The notes under the pieces: model-generated
The model's database searches: none
Seen by the model: only the letters and a program-made list of their open reading frames with translations
Told to the model about the DNA's origin: nothing
Shown: positions 32,282-39,901 of the stretch, piece after piece
Position numbering within the stretch: the first letter of the stretch is position 1
Layout of the letters: the number at the start of each line of letters is the position of its first letter
IMG/VR virus record: IMGVR_UViG_3300017754_002176
Span: 1-46,536 of that record
From: a virus
Lineage: Duplodnaviria > Caudoviricetes
Direction: 5' to 3' (one strand)
Length of the DNA stretch: 46,536 nucleotides
Made by a program: the position numbers and the translations under genes

Positions 32282-32920
32282 TTATTGGTTTATAATTGCC
32301 ATGATGTCTTTCTTGATAGCAGGACTCATCTTGTACTTCCTGCTCAACTGCTGACCAATCTTCTCAATACCAATATCCTTGTTCGCAGTAACGTAGGCAA
32401 CAACCTTATCCCAATTCTCTGTGCCCTTCTTAAGTTCTGCAAGTTCTATTGGTGCAGGTGCTTTTTCAGGAGCAGGAGTATTTGTTGAATGAGACTCTGA
32501 CTCAGGCAAGTCCTCTCCTGCAAATATGTACAATCCCAATCCAAACATAGCCAAGTTCTTAACCAAGCATCTCATCAAGGTCTTGTTGATGTCAAACGTA
32601 GTGGCTGCTTCTACGGACTTATCTCCGAAACGTGTAGAGTAAGTGTAGGATTGCTTTTTCATTGACTTGTTGGCTCCATCCATAACGGGCAACCACATTT
32701 CCAATGTCTCGCCTTCAATTGTTACTGATGTGTGACACATGAAACCAAGTGCATCATCGTAATCTGTCTGACCTATCTTGTAGGTAGCATCGGGGCAAGC
32801 CCTCTTAACTTCTGCCCATGCCCATGCCCATGACAGATAGGTAAGGTCTTTTTTCTTTTCAACTCTTTCATTGAGATTGATGGCGTTGAGCCTTTCAAAA
32901 ACGCTTTGCTTCTTTTCCAT
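32282..32920 (-). CDS. Single-strand annealing protein (DUF1071/Sak3-like)
   Basis: LTYLSWAWAW, MWLPVMD and INKTLMRCLVKNLAMFGLGLYIFAGEDLP motifs. Confidence 0.8.
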   Translation of the reverse strand: MEKKQSVFERLNAINLNERVEKKKDLTYLSWAWAWAEVKRACPDATYKIGQTDYDDALGFMCHTSVTIEGETLEMWLPVMDGANKSMKKQSYTYSTRFGDKSVEAATTFDINKTLMRCLVKNLAMFGLGLYIFAGEDLPESESHSTNTPAPEKAPAPIELAELKKGTENWDKVVAYVTANKDIGIEKIGQQLSRKYKMSPAIKKDIMAIINQ

Positions 32921-32936
32921 TGTATTTGATTTTGGT

Positions 32937-33239
32937 TTAAATGAATACTGCCTTTTCCATGTCCTTAACTACTTGAGCGTAGTCCACATCCTCTTTTACT
33001 TTGACGGATACTGAACTAACTCCATGGATGATTGATGAATGCTTGATGTCATAGCCGTTTGCCTCCATGAACTTCTGAATGTAACCGAAGGTCATCGGTC
33101 TTCTATAGCATAGGTAATAAAGCAAATGCCTCGCATCTACTATCTCCCTCTTCTTGGTCTTAGAGAACAACTCCTCCCTCGTAATGCCAAATAGTTCGAT
33201 AATCCTATCGACATATTGGTTAAAAATCTCTTGCTTCAT
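32937..33239 (-). CDS. Second DnaA C-terminal-like HTH protein
   Basis: EELFSKTKKREIVDARHLLYYLC...HSSIIHG. Confidence 0.65.
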   Translation of the reverse strand: MKQEIFNQYVDRIIELFGITREELFSKTKKREIVDARHLLYYLCYRRPMTFGYIQKFMEANGYDIKHSSIIHGVSSVSVKVKEDVDYAQVVKDMEKAVFI

Positions 33240-33294
33240 TCTGATTTAATTTAGTCAACGAATATAGTTAATATGTACAATACTCGTATAATGT

Positions 33295-33555
33295 TTACTT
33301 AATTTTTTTCCACAAATAATCTTCGACCTTATCCACACTCTTGTCTGAGATGCCATCCACAAAGAACTCAGCCGTGCTAAGTATCTGAATGTAGTGTGAA
33401 CCCGCATAAACAATGACGTTCTTGGCATCCACGTGCAAATTTTCATTGGAAAAATTGTCTTTGAAGACACTAATCGGAACGATACGTCCCGTCTCTACGA
33501 ACTCTTCTTTGGAAACGATTCCCTCCATTGGGATGACTTGTAATTGATAATACAT
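33295..33555 (-). CDS. Hypothetical protein
   Basis: Start moved to MYYQ, downstream of a TATATTTG box. Confidence 0.6.
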   Translation of the reverse strand: MYYQLQVIPMEGIVSKEEFVETGRIVPISVFKDNFSNENLHVDAKNVIVYAGSHYIQILSTAEFFVDGISDKSVDKVEDYLWKKIK

Positions 33556-33594
33556 AATGTTAATTTGATTTAATTTGGTACAAATATACAACAA

Positions 33595-33837
33595 TTATTT
33601 TACATTGCTACTTCTTTTTATCATGTCATAGCATTTCTGAGCAAGCTTGACTTTGAACTCCGTCTCATGGTTACTAACCTCAAGTGCATACATGACTGCT
33701 GACTTTATCTGAAACTCCTCATCAGCCAACCTACGCTCAAGTTCATCTCGCATTATGGTATTTATGAGGTTCTCGTAATCATTCCCGTTCTTGTGAAGGG
33801 AGTCGAAGGTCTTAATTAGTTTTTGAATTGTTGTCAT
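33595..33837 (-). CDS. Hypothetical protein
   Basis: 80-aa ORF in operon. Confidence 0.6.
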   Translation of the reverse strand: MTTIQKLIKTFDSLHKNGNDYENLINTIMRDELERRLADEEFQIKSAVMYALEVSNHETEFKVKLAQKCYDMIKRSSNVK

Positions 33838-33949
33838 TTCTTTAGTTTTTTAAGCATCCAAAATAGTTCATTGCAAAAATATAGGCATACCATAATCGGT
33901 ACGCCTATAAAAATAAATGAGAGAATTTCTAAAATGAATTTTAAATTTT

Positions 33950-34135
33950 TCATCCCCAATCTTCTTTTTTGTGTTGAACAACTTCCTCAATGTACTTCAT
34001 GTCCATGTTGTCAACCAACAACATGAGTATCATCTTCTCCCTTTTCAATGCCTTGATGCATAGGTAGAGTTCATACGAACCGATGTTCATGTCCTCTATT
34101 TGCTTGATTAGTGCTTCAGTTTTTTCTTTGCTCAT
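33950..34135 (-). CDS. Hypothetical protein
   Basis: 61-aa ORF overlapping the upstream stop. Confidence 0.55.
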   Translation of the reverse strand: MSKEKTEALIKQIEDMNIGSYELYLCIKALKREKMILMLLVDNMDMKYIEEVVQHKKEDWG

Positions 34136-34503
34136 CCGAAAACGATTTCACCCATTACAAGGTATTGAAAAATAACGTCACTGCTTTCGGCATCACCATC
34201 CTCGTTCAGTTCTATTTCCCAAAAACTTCTGAAGTTCTCATTGTCTGCCAACACATTTAGGCTTTCCATTATTGAGGCACGGCTAAGAGTACCAAGGCAC
34301 TCTTCGGGGTTTTCTGCATCATGGACTGCCACCTCAACGCCTTTGTCAAATATTGCCATAAACATTGCTACTGACAAGGCAGGTTCATCAGTCTTGGGGA
34401 CTTCCTTCCTAATCTTCTTTACCTCTTTGCTTGGTAGAAAATACCAATAGTTGCTACCACCTTCCAAGGCAGTTACAAAAATGTTTTCCAAGATGTCTCT
34501 CAT
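34132..34503 (-). CDS. Hypothetical phage protein
   Basis: 123 aa with ALEGGSNYW and DAESSDVIFQYLVMGEIVFG motifs. Confidence 0.65.
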   Translation of the reverse strand: MRDILENIFVTALEGGSNYWYFLPSKEVKKIRKEVPKTDEPALSVAMFMAIFDKGVEVAVHDAENPEECLGTLSRASIMESLNVLADNENFRSFWEIELNEDGDAESSDVIFQYLVMGEIVFG

Positions 34504-34811
34504 AAATTAAAAGTTTTTTTAATGTTTAACGATTCCGCTGCGGAGTCAATGGCTAAGAAGATTTGGTCAACCACGGCAGGATTTCTTAAGGCAATGTGCA
34601 ATATGCCTTGTGCCTCGTCCTCTGTACAACTATAGTTTTCCGTTACGTCAGCCGTACACCAAAGGTTGTCTGTGTAGTAACCCATCTTCTTGAGGTTACC
34701 TTTCAGCGTTTGTCTGTCTGTTAACTTCTTTCTTGCAATCAACAATTGCTCTCGCAAATAGTCAATCTCAAGTTGGGCTGATGCCCTTTCTGTCATTTCC
34801 TTGTGCGTCAT
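34500..34811 (-). CDS. Hypothetical protein
   Basis: Start moved to MTHKEM, downstream of the tRNA-like element. Confidence 0.6.
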   Translation of the reverse strand: MTHKEMTERASAQLEIDYLREQLLIARKKLTDRQTLKGNLKKMGYYTDNLWCTADVTENYSCTEDEAQGILHIALRNPAVVDQIFLAIDSAAESLNIKKTFNL

Positions 34812-34832
34812 TTTGATTTGATTTAAAGTGAG

Positions 34833-34905
34833 CCATCGGGGCAGGATTCGAACCTGCATCTCTATGCAATACTGCACCGCTTTTACCAATTATAGCCACC
34901 CGATT
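34833..34905 (-). ncRNA. tRNA-like RNA 2 with non-canonical anticodon arm
   Basis: Acceptor AUCGGG/CCCGAU, D arm GCU...GG...AGC, T arm GCAGG-UUCGAAU-CCUGC; anticodon arm GUGCA-GUAU-UGCAU has a 4-nt loop; no CCA encoded. Confidence 0.75.
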
Positions 34906-34971
34906 GTGTGCCCGTCTTTCCGAGCTGTCAGCATTCTATTGAAATAGGAAGTTAGTGTGCTTATACCTCTG

Positions 34972-35042
34972 TCATCGGGGCAGGATTCGAACCTGCATTA
35001 TAGAGAGAAATCTCCCTTGCATTACCAAGTTGCCACCCGATG
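34972..35042 (-). ncRNA. tRNA-like RNA 1 with non-canonical anticodon arm
   Basis: Acceptor CAUCGGG/CCCGAUG, D arm GCA-ACUUGGUAA-UGC, identical T arm; anticodon arm AGGGAG-AUUU-CUCUCU has a 4-nt loop; no CCA encoded. Confidence 0.75.
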
Positions 35043-35070
35043 AAAAAACCCCAATGTAGAAACATCGGGG
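35043..35070 (-). terminator. Terminator-like hairpin abutting the 5' end of tRNA-like RNA 1
   Basis: CCCCGATGT-TTCT-ACATTGGGG-TTTTTT on the minus strand. Confidence 0.6.
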
Positions 35071-35093
35071 GGATTAACCATTAAAACACAACA

Positions 35094-36200
35094 CTATGCG
35101 TTGTAAGTTATTACTTCATTCTCAGAAAACCAACCACCACATGCACCACAATAATAATTACTGAACCCGTCATGCTCAAGGTCATTGAAGCAACTGATAC
35201 ATATTGGCGTTTCATTCTTGACATCGAACTCGTCATCAATATCCGTGAACTCGTCAATGTACAACTGCCTACCTAACTTCCTTTCCGCCTCAATCACCTC
35301 CTCCTCGTCTTCCTCCCACCACTTCTTAGTCTCGCTCTGCTTGATGAATGAGAAGGTCTGAGTGTATGTCTCATGTACCTCCTGCCCTCTGTACTTCTCA
35401 GCTATGTTGAAGTATATCCAACAAGTCAATGTCCTGCCGTCCTTCATCTTGATTGGTATCTGCTTACGCCTATACCAATTGGGATGCCCCTCCAACGCAT
35501 CTAAACTCTTCAATACCGAATCACTCACCTTGAACACATCAACCTCAACATTGTAGCCTATGCCCTTCATCTCAATGAGGTAAGGCAAACCCGATATAAT
35601 CATTGGGTATTTGTTCTCGGTGTTACCCCCACCCAAATGCTTTGAGAATGTCAAGAACCTATTGTAGTTGCTGTACCCCTTCTTGAGCGTACCATATACC
35701 GCAACCAAGTTATCCTCAAGCACATTGCCCTTGCTGTACCAAACCCCGTCACGCTGAACCCATAGGTGCTTGTTGTACATCTGAAACGTGCGATTGCGTG
35801 TGTTGATGGTCACGAACCTGCTGTCATGCTTCTCCAATACCTTCTTCCATGTGTGCCTTGGAACTTCACCAAGGGACTCAGCGAGTACCCTTGAGTCACT
35901 CCTATTGGTATCACCCAAGCCTCTGATTGTGCCGTTCATCATCAACCACTCATGCTTGTTTGTACCGCACCTGAATGGGTGAGTGTTCTCTCTGTTGACC
36001 GCACCAATGGTGGCGAACCTAAAGTGACAGATGAATGGTCTGTCGGTGTCAAGTACCTTGTACTGATTGGACTGATGGTAAGTAACCTCGAAGGTATCCA
36101 ACCAAATAACTCCCAACCCATGCGGATTGATTCTGCTTGAGGTCTTCGCAACCTCCTTCGGAAGGGTCATGCCCTTCTGCTTGATGATGATAATACACAT
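35094..36200 (-). CDS. Class II glutamine amidotransferase fused to gamma-glutamylcyclotransferase (AIG2-like), with C-terminal Zn ribbon
   Basis: N-terminal M-C nucleophile, NPHG, HFRFAT, NTHPF, NG, SDS motifs; VAVYGTLKKG...LDALEG motif; CxxC...CxxC. Confidence 0.85.
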   Translation of the reverse strand: MCIIIIKQKGMTLPKEVAKTSSRINPHGLGVIWLDTFEVTYHQSNQYKVLDTDRPFICHFRFATIGAVNRENTHPFRCGTNKHEWLMMNGTIRGLGDTNRSDSRVLAESLGEVPRHTWKKVLEKHDSRFVTINTRNRTFQMYNKHLWVQRDGVWYSKGNVLEDNLVAVYGTLKKGYSNYNRFLTFSKHLGGGNTENKYPMIISGLPYLIEMKGIGYNVEVDVFKVSDSVLKSLDALEGHPNWYRRKQIPIKMKDGRTLTCWIYFNIAEKYRGQEVHETYTQTFSFIKQSETKKWWEEDEEEVIEAERKLGRQLYIDEFTDIDDEFDVKNETPICISCFNDLEHDGFSNYYCGACGGWFSENEVITYNA

Positions 36201-36326
36201 TTGCGTTTGATTTGTGGGCAGTGTCTAAGGGCATTCGTGTCTTCGAAGACACTCATACCCGACTCAGAACCAGATTAATGAACTAAAGATGAACGAAGAT
36301 AAGACAATAATTGAACACTACCAAAT

Positions 36327-36488
36327 TTACTTTTTTAACCTTGCCTTGAACTTCTCCCTTACAAGTAGTGGACGGGTCGGTGAGAACTTTGTCCAAGCCT
36401 TCTCAACCGCCTCCCACTTGCTGTGGGCAATGATGTCTATAACGAAGACACCACCATAGTAGACCTTGAATAGCATTTCTGATTCCAT
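36327..36488 (-). CDS. Small hypothetical protein, 53 aa
   Basis: MESEMLFKVYYGGVFVIDIIAHSKWEAVEKAW...; fills the intergenic gap. Confidence 0.55.
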   Translation of the reverse strand: MESEMLFKVYYGGVFVIDIIAHSKWEAVEKAWTKFSPTRPLLVREKFKARLKK

Positions 36489-36495
36489 TTGCGTA

Positions 36496-36693
36496 TTATT
36501 TTGTTAAAAATACAATAGATGTTAGCCTACTATTTGTCTCTTGGTCAAAAAGGTCTTCTTCCAATTTTACACACACCTCCACATCTGAGTCTTCATCGTG
36601 TCGGTAGTTAATTGTAATAGAGGATAGGTCTTCGCCTTCATTTTGAAGGTCAGTGAGAAAGTCCATTACTTGTTGTGCCGTAATTGATTCCAT
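36496..36693 (-). CDS. Hypothetical acidic protein
   Basis: Start moved to MESIT, after the A-rich leader. Confidence 0.6.
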   Translation of the reverse strand: MESITAQQVMDFLTDLQNEGEDLSSITINYRHDEDSDVEVCVKLEEDLFDQETNSRLTSIVFLTK

Positions 36694-36712
36694 TGTATTT
36701 GGTTTTGATGAG

Positions 36713-36758
36713 TGGCTGAGGGCAGTATTGCTCTGCCTTCGCTCATTGCTCTCAGCCA
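36713..36758 (-). ncRNA. Unrecognised structured RNA motif, copy B
   Basis: UGGCUGAG-AGCAAUGAGCGAA-GGCAG(AGCAAUA)CUGCC-CUCAGCCA; paralog at 37221-37266 with compensatory changes. Confidence 0.65.
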
Positions 36759-36764
36759 TGGGGG

Positions 36765-36965
36765 TTACCCATTGTATTGGTCATAAATCTCTTTAACTGA
36801 TTCCAATACCCAATTTGTAGTGACCATTGCACCAACGCTTCTGATTTCTGTTACCTCCATTTTAAGACCATGGTGGTACATTTTCTTTGCCTCAATGATG
36901 TTCTCAGCACCGATTAGAATAGTTGAATTGTCTTTTGGTGATGTCAGCCTTAATAGTCCTTTCAT
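36765..36965 (-). CDS. Hypothetical protein
   Basis: 66-aa ORF with A-rich start. Confidence 0.6.
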   Translation of the reverse strand: MKGLLRLTSPKDNSTILIGAENIIEAKKMYHHGLKMEVTEIRSVGAMVTTNWVLESVKEIYDQYNG

Positions 36966-36976
36966 GTGTGTTTGGT

Positions 36977-37201
36977 TTAAAAAGTTAGTGTTTCAAATTG
37001 ATAGTAAAAATTTACCTGCTCGTTGGGAAACCTCTTCTGAAGTTCATTCACGTAATCCTCATTGTCATAAAGGAAGTCATTCACCCTCTCTGAGTGAACC
37101 ATTGGGGCAATAACGCTCTTCACTTGCTCCTCTGTTAGTGTGGTCAAGAGATGGAAGTCTTCTTCATCCCATCCCGATGTGCTGATTCTGTAAACTTGCA
37201 T
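36977..37201 (-). CDS. Hypothetical protein
   Basis: Start moved to MQVYR. Confidence 0.6.
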   Translation of the reverse strand: MQVYRISTSGWDEEDFHLLTTLTEEQVKSVIAPMVHSERVNDFLYDNEDYVNELQKRFPNEQVNFYYQFETLTF

Positions 37202-37220
37202 TGTGTTTGGTTTTGATGAG

Positions 37221-37266
37221 GGTCTGAGGGTGGTAACGAACCACCTACGCACATTGCTCTCAGTCC
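37221..37266 (-). ncRNA. Unrecognised structured RNA motif, copy A
   Basis: GGACUGAG-AGCAAUGUGCGUA-GGUGG(UUCGUUA)CCACC-CUCAGACC. Confidence 0.65.
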
Positions 37267-37274
37267 TTAGGGCG

Positions 37275-37502
37275 TTAGTTTGTCGGAACCCAACCGACCT
37301 CAATGCCAATGTCATTCCCGTTGGCAATGGCATCCTTGATTTGCTGAAGGTTTATCAGCAACCTCTCTGACCCGTCATCGAATAACTCATAATATTCGAA
37401 GATAATGGGAGCGTTCATGAATAATATCTCTGCAAATGGCGTTACAATATGCCACACAAAGACTGAATCCACCATCTTGTCTGTTACTTTAAAATTTTTC
37501 AT
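37275..37502 (-). CDS. Hypothetical protein
   Basis: Start moved to MKNFK. Confidence 0.6.
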   Translation of the reverse strand: MKNFKVTDKMVDSVFVWHIVTPFAEILFMNAPIIFEYYELFDDGSERLLINLQQIKDAIANGNDIGIEVGWVPTN

Positions 37503-37512
37503 GCTGTTTGGT

Positions 37513-37719
37513 TTAATAGTCATCTTCTAAATACTCACCTGCATCCATGTAGTCATGGTATCTGTCACGCCTATACGGGTACTTGTCCCCCTCGTAACAC
37601 TCGTCACACCACCACCCCGTACTATATCCATACGCATCTGACCTCTCGTCCACCCACTTGTCGGGGTTTGTCTCATGGGATTGGTCGCAACCCCTACAAA
37701 GAATCTTCTCTTTTCTCAT
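37513..37719 (-). CDS. Small Zn-binding protein
   Basis: Start MRKEK; CRGC...CDEC. Confidence 0.6.
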   Translation of the reverse strand: MRKEKILCRGCDQSHETNPDKWVDERSDAYGYSTGWWCDECYEGDKYPYRRDRYHDYMDAGEYLEDDY

Positions 37720-37894
37720 CGTCTTGGTTTTGATTGGTGAATACTTCGACACCCCACTTGGTATGTCTGTCATGCTTGTACATTGAAAACAAAGCGTCAA
37801 CGTACTTGAGGAACTCTTGTCTGTCTGAATCATTGAGGTAAAGCAGTCGGTCAATGACCCCCTGCACAACTTTGAGGCGCTCTTCTTCTGTCAT
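37694..37894 (-). CDS. Hypothetical protein
   Basis: Start MTEEE. Confidence 0.55.
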   Translation of the reverse strand: MTEEERLKVVQGVIDRLLYLNDSDRQEFLKYVDALFSMYKHDRHTKWGVEVFTNQNQDDEKREDSL

Positions 37895-37948
37895 GTGATA
37901 AAGTTTATCGGTTAAAAAATTGAGGGTCACGTACACTTGTGTACGTGA

Positions 37949-37999
37949 TTCTGTTTCGTCCTATAGGACTCATCAGCATGGGCACACCCATGGACAGAA
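37949..37999 (-). ncRNA. Hammerhead ribozyme, type III
   Basis: UUCUG-UC^CAUGGG(UGUG)CCCAUG-CUGAUGA-GUCC(UAUA)GGAC-GAAA-CAGAA; complete core and three stems; predicted cut between 37993 and 37992. Confidence 0.95.
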
Positions 38000-38030
38000 G
38001 GGAGTGTCTTCGAAGACACCCCCTTTATGG

Positions 38031-38591
38031 CTATGCTAGGCAATAAATCTCAGACAAAACCCTTACCGCCCTCTCAACGTCACTCGGCTTTACAATGATA
38101 AAGTAATGAGGCTTGTACTCGCCTGCTGTGTCTGACTCCATCCTTCTTGAAGGAATAATGGCATCATCAAACAACTCCTCAACCGCATCCAAATTATGCT
38201 TGTTTAAGGTATGGAATACTGAATACAATGGTCGGCTGTAACGCTCCTTCGCCAACCACTCACTCGTCACATCAAACTCAATCTCCTCAACCACCTCATC
38301 AACAGAACCATTGAACCCGTACACGCTAACCCACTCCCCGTCCCAAGCAATGTCATTGAGATACCACTGCCCCCTGCGTTGATAGATTGATACCCCACTC
38401 AACCCATTTAACCTTTCCTTGGTGGTATTACTTTGCCAACCTGCATTAGTAATCCATAGCTGACCTCTTCTGAACTCAGCAATTTTGTTGTCATGCAGAA
38501 ACAACGCATTGCCATCCGTCCTGCTGTTTCCGATTTTTTTTGGCTCCCGATTGTGGAACGCCCTTGTGATTTCTCTCGTAACTTTTCGCAT
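38031..38591 (-). CDS. Hypothetical phage early protein
   Basis: 186 aa with LFLHDNKIA...AGWQSNTTKERLNGL motif. Confidence 0.7.
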   Translation of the reverse strand: MRKVTREITRAFHNREPKKIGNSRTDGNALFLHDNKIAEFRRGQLWITNAGWQSNTTKERLNGLSGVSIYQRRGQWYLNDIAWDGEWVSVYGFNGSVDEVVEEIEFDVTSEWLAKERYSRPLYSVFHTLNKHNLDAVEELFDDAIIPSRRMESDTAGEYKPHYFIIVKPSDVERAVRVLSEIYCLA

Positions 38592-38611
38592 AGTTTAAAA
38601 TTTTAATGGTT

Positions 38612-38664
38612 TGCCGTTTCATCCTATTGGAATCATCAGTCAAGGCAACTACCTTGATACAGCA
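38612..38664 (-). ncRNA. Hammerhead ribozyme, type III, variant
   Basis: UGCUG-UA^UCAAGG(UAGUUG)CCUUGA-CUGAUGA-UUCC(AAUA)GGAU-GAAA-CGGCA; GUA triplet, U.U at positions 10.1/11.1; predicted cut 38658/38657. Confidence 0.85.
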
Positions 38665-38701
38665 GGGAGGTGGGGAAACCCCACCATCCCTAAATTAACG
38701 A

Positions 38702-38935
38702 TTATTGGATTACGTTCTTCACGAACACCACCACCATGATGCCAATGATGTGAATGAGCCATACCAACTTCACCCTCTCCAATGGTATCTCACTTTCATC
38801 AGCAACCCCCGACACTATCATGCCAAGAATAGTACCAATACATAGAACAATTGTCGCACCCGTATTCTCAAGGAAGAGGGCAAAATAAGAAGGCAAAGCG
38901 GATAAAATGCAAAGCAAAGCGAGTGATTTTGTCAT
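38702..38935 (-). CDS. Small membrane protein with 2-3 TM segments
   Basis: Hydrophobic stretches; start MTKSL, downstream of a TAACTTTG box. Confidence 0.6.
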   Translation of the reverse strand: MTKSLALLCILSALPSYFALFLENTGATIVLCIGTILGMIVSGVADESEIPLERVKLVWLIHIIGIMVVVFVKNVIQ

Positions 38936-38984
38936 GTTGTTCAATTTTAGTTCAAAGTTAGTATAATAGTATGATATATCCAAA

Positions 38985-39428
38985 TTAAATTAATCCACCC
39001 TCATTAAATGAGAAATAGCTTTCATCTGTGATGATAAGGTGGTCAAGCAACTTCATGTCGAAGAATGCACACGCATTCTTAATCTTCTCAGTGATTGCCT
39101 TGTCACCCTCAGAAGGTTTGAGGTTGCCACTTGGATGGTTGTGGGCAAGGATGATTGAAGAAGAGGCGTTGTTCAATGCTATGGTCATTACAACCCTTGG
39201 GTCTAAAACTGTACCGCTGAACCCACCCGAACTGACTTTGTAGTAACCTACCACGTCATTGGCTCTGTTGAGGCATACCATGATGACCTCCTCAGTCCAC
39301 AAAATGGTGTCAGCATCGAAGATTGAACGCATAACTTCAACCATCTTTTCGGGGCTTGTAATGGTCACCTTGTCACCCTTGGTAACGCTGACCTTGACCT
39401 TAATTTTCGGAAACTTGTACTTTTTCAT
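38985..39428 (-). CDS. radC: RadC-like JAB/MPN domain protein
   Basis: E...IILAHNHPSGNLKPSEGD...LLDHLII. Confidence 0.9.
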   Translation of the reverse strand: MKKYKFPKIKVKVSVTKGDKVTITSPEKMVEVMRSIFDADTILWTEEVIMVCLNRANDVVGYYKVSSGGFSGTVLDPRVVMTIALNNASSSIILAHNHPSGNLKPSEGDKAITEKIKNACAFFDMKLLDHLIITDESYFSFNEGGLI

Positions 39429-39444
39429 GTGTGAAATTTTAATT

Positions 39445-39498
39445 GGTTAAGAGCCCCCAAGGGGGGCTTTCGAGTATTCAACCCATCGTCAGTTAACC
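39445..39498 (-). ncRNA. Hammerhead ribozyme, type I
   Basis: GGUUAA-CUGACGA-U-GGGU(UGAAU)ACUC-GAAA-GCCCCC(CUU)GGGGGC-UC^UUAACC; predicted cut 39451/39450. Confidence 0.85.
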
Positions 39499-39759
39499 TA
39501 AGATAACTTTGAACCCCTTGTATACGCCCTTCTTGTAGGCTTCTGAGGTGAACCCCAATTGACTGCTCATGAGGTTTGAGGTGATTGATACGTACCTAAT
39601 TTCAATCTGCCTGAGCACCTCCGCAAAGGTCTTGCCATCCCTAAGAAGGCTTAGAACCTCCCCTTTGGTATTGGCGTTAGGGTTGTCCCACTTGCCCGTT
39701 ATTTTGGCTTGGATGTGAGCGTCTGCAATGGCTTTGATTTGTGGCGTGATTCGTTTCAT
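39493..39759 (-). CDS. Hypothetical protein
   Basis: Start moved to MKRIT; stop codon lies within stem I of the type I hammerhead. Confidence 0.6.
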   Translation of the reverse strand: MKRITPQIKAIADAHIQAKITGKWDNPNANTKGEVLSLLRDGKTFAEVLRQIEIRYVSITSNLMSSQLGFTSEAYKKGVYKGFKVILG

Positions 39760-39760
39760 G

Positions 39761-39847
39761 TTAAAACAATTTTGATTTGTTTGAGAGAATTGAATTGGTA
39801 AGAAAGGCTGAGGCAATGGCTGAGGCAAGGAAAATGAATAAGAGCAT
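39761..39847 (-). CDS. 28-aa hydrophobic peptide
   Basis: MLLFIFLASAIASAFLTNSILSNKSKLF*, with A-rich leader; stop is adjacent to the next start. Confidence 0.5.
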   Translation of the reverse strand: MLLFIFLASAIASAFLTNSILSNKSKLF

Positions 39848-39901
39848 GACGTTTGGTTTTAATGGTTTCTGAGGGGGCAGTCACGCAGAGCGTGGCTGTT
39901 T

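Noticed and set aside
34906-34971. Theta/HDV-like ribozyme downstream of the tRNA-like RNA
   Set aside because: Could not build the nested P1/P2/P3/P1.1 double pseudoknot or the J4/2 catalytic segment
34833-35042. Functional tRNA genes or an attP site
   Set aside because: No 7-nt anticodon loop, so no anticodon can be assigned; no integrase recognised in the window
36706-36720. Box C/D (UGAUGA...CUGA) K-loop on the + strand, also near 37214
   Set aside because: Antisense to the genes and explained by the complement of the - strand stem and leader
36709-36745. Pseudoknot UGAG/CUCA in the novel motif
   Set aside because: Copy A has UGUG, so the pairing is not conserved
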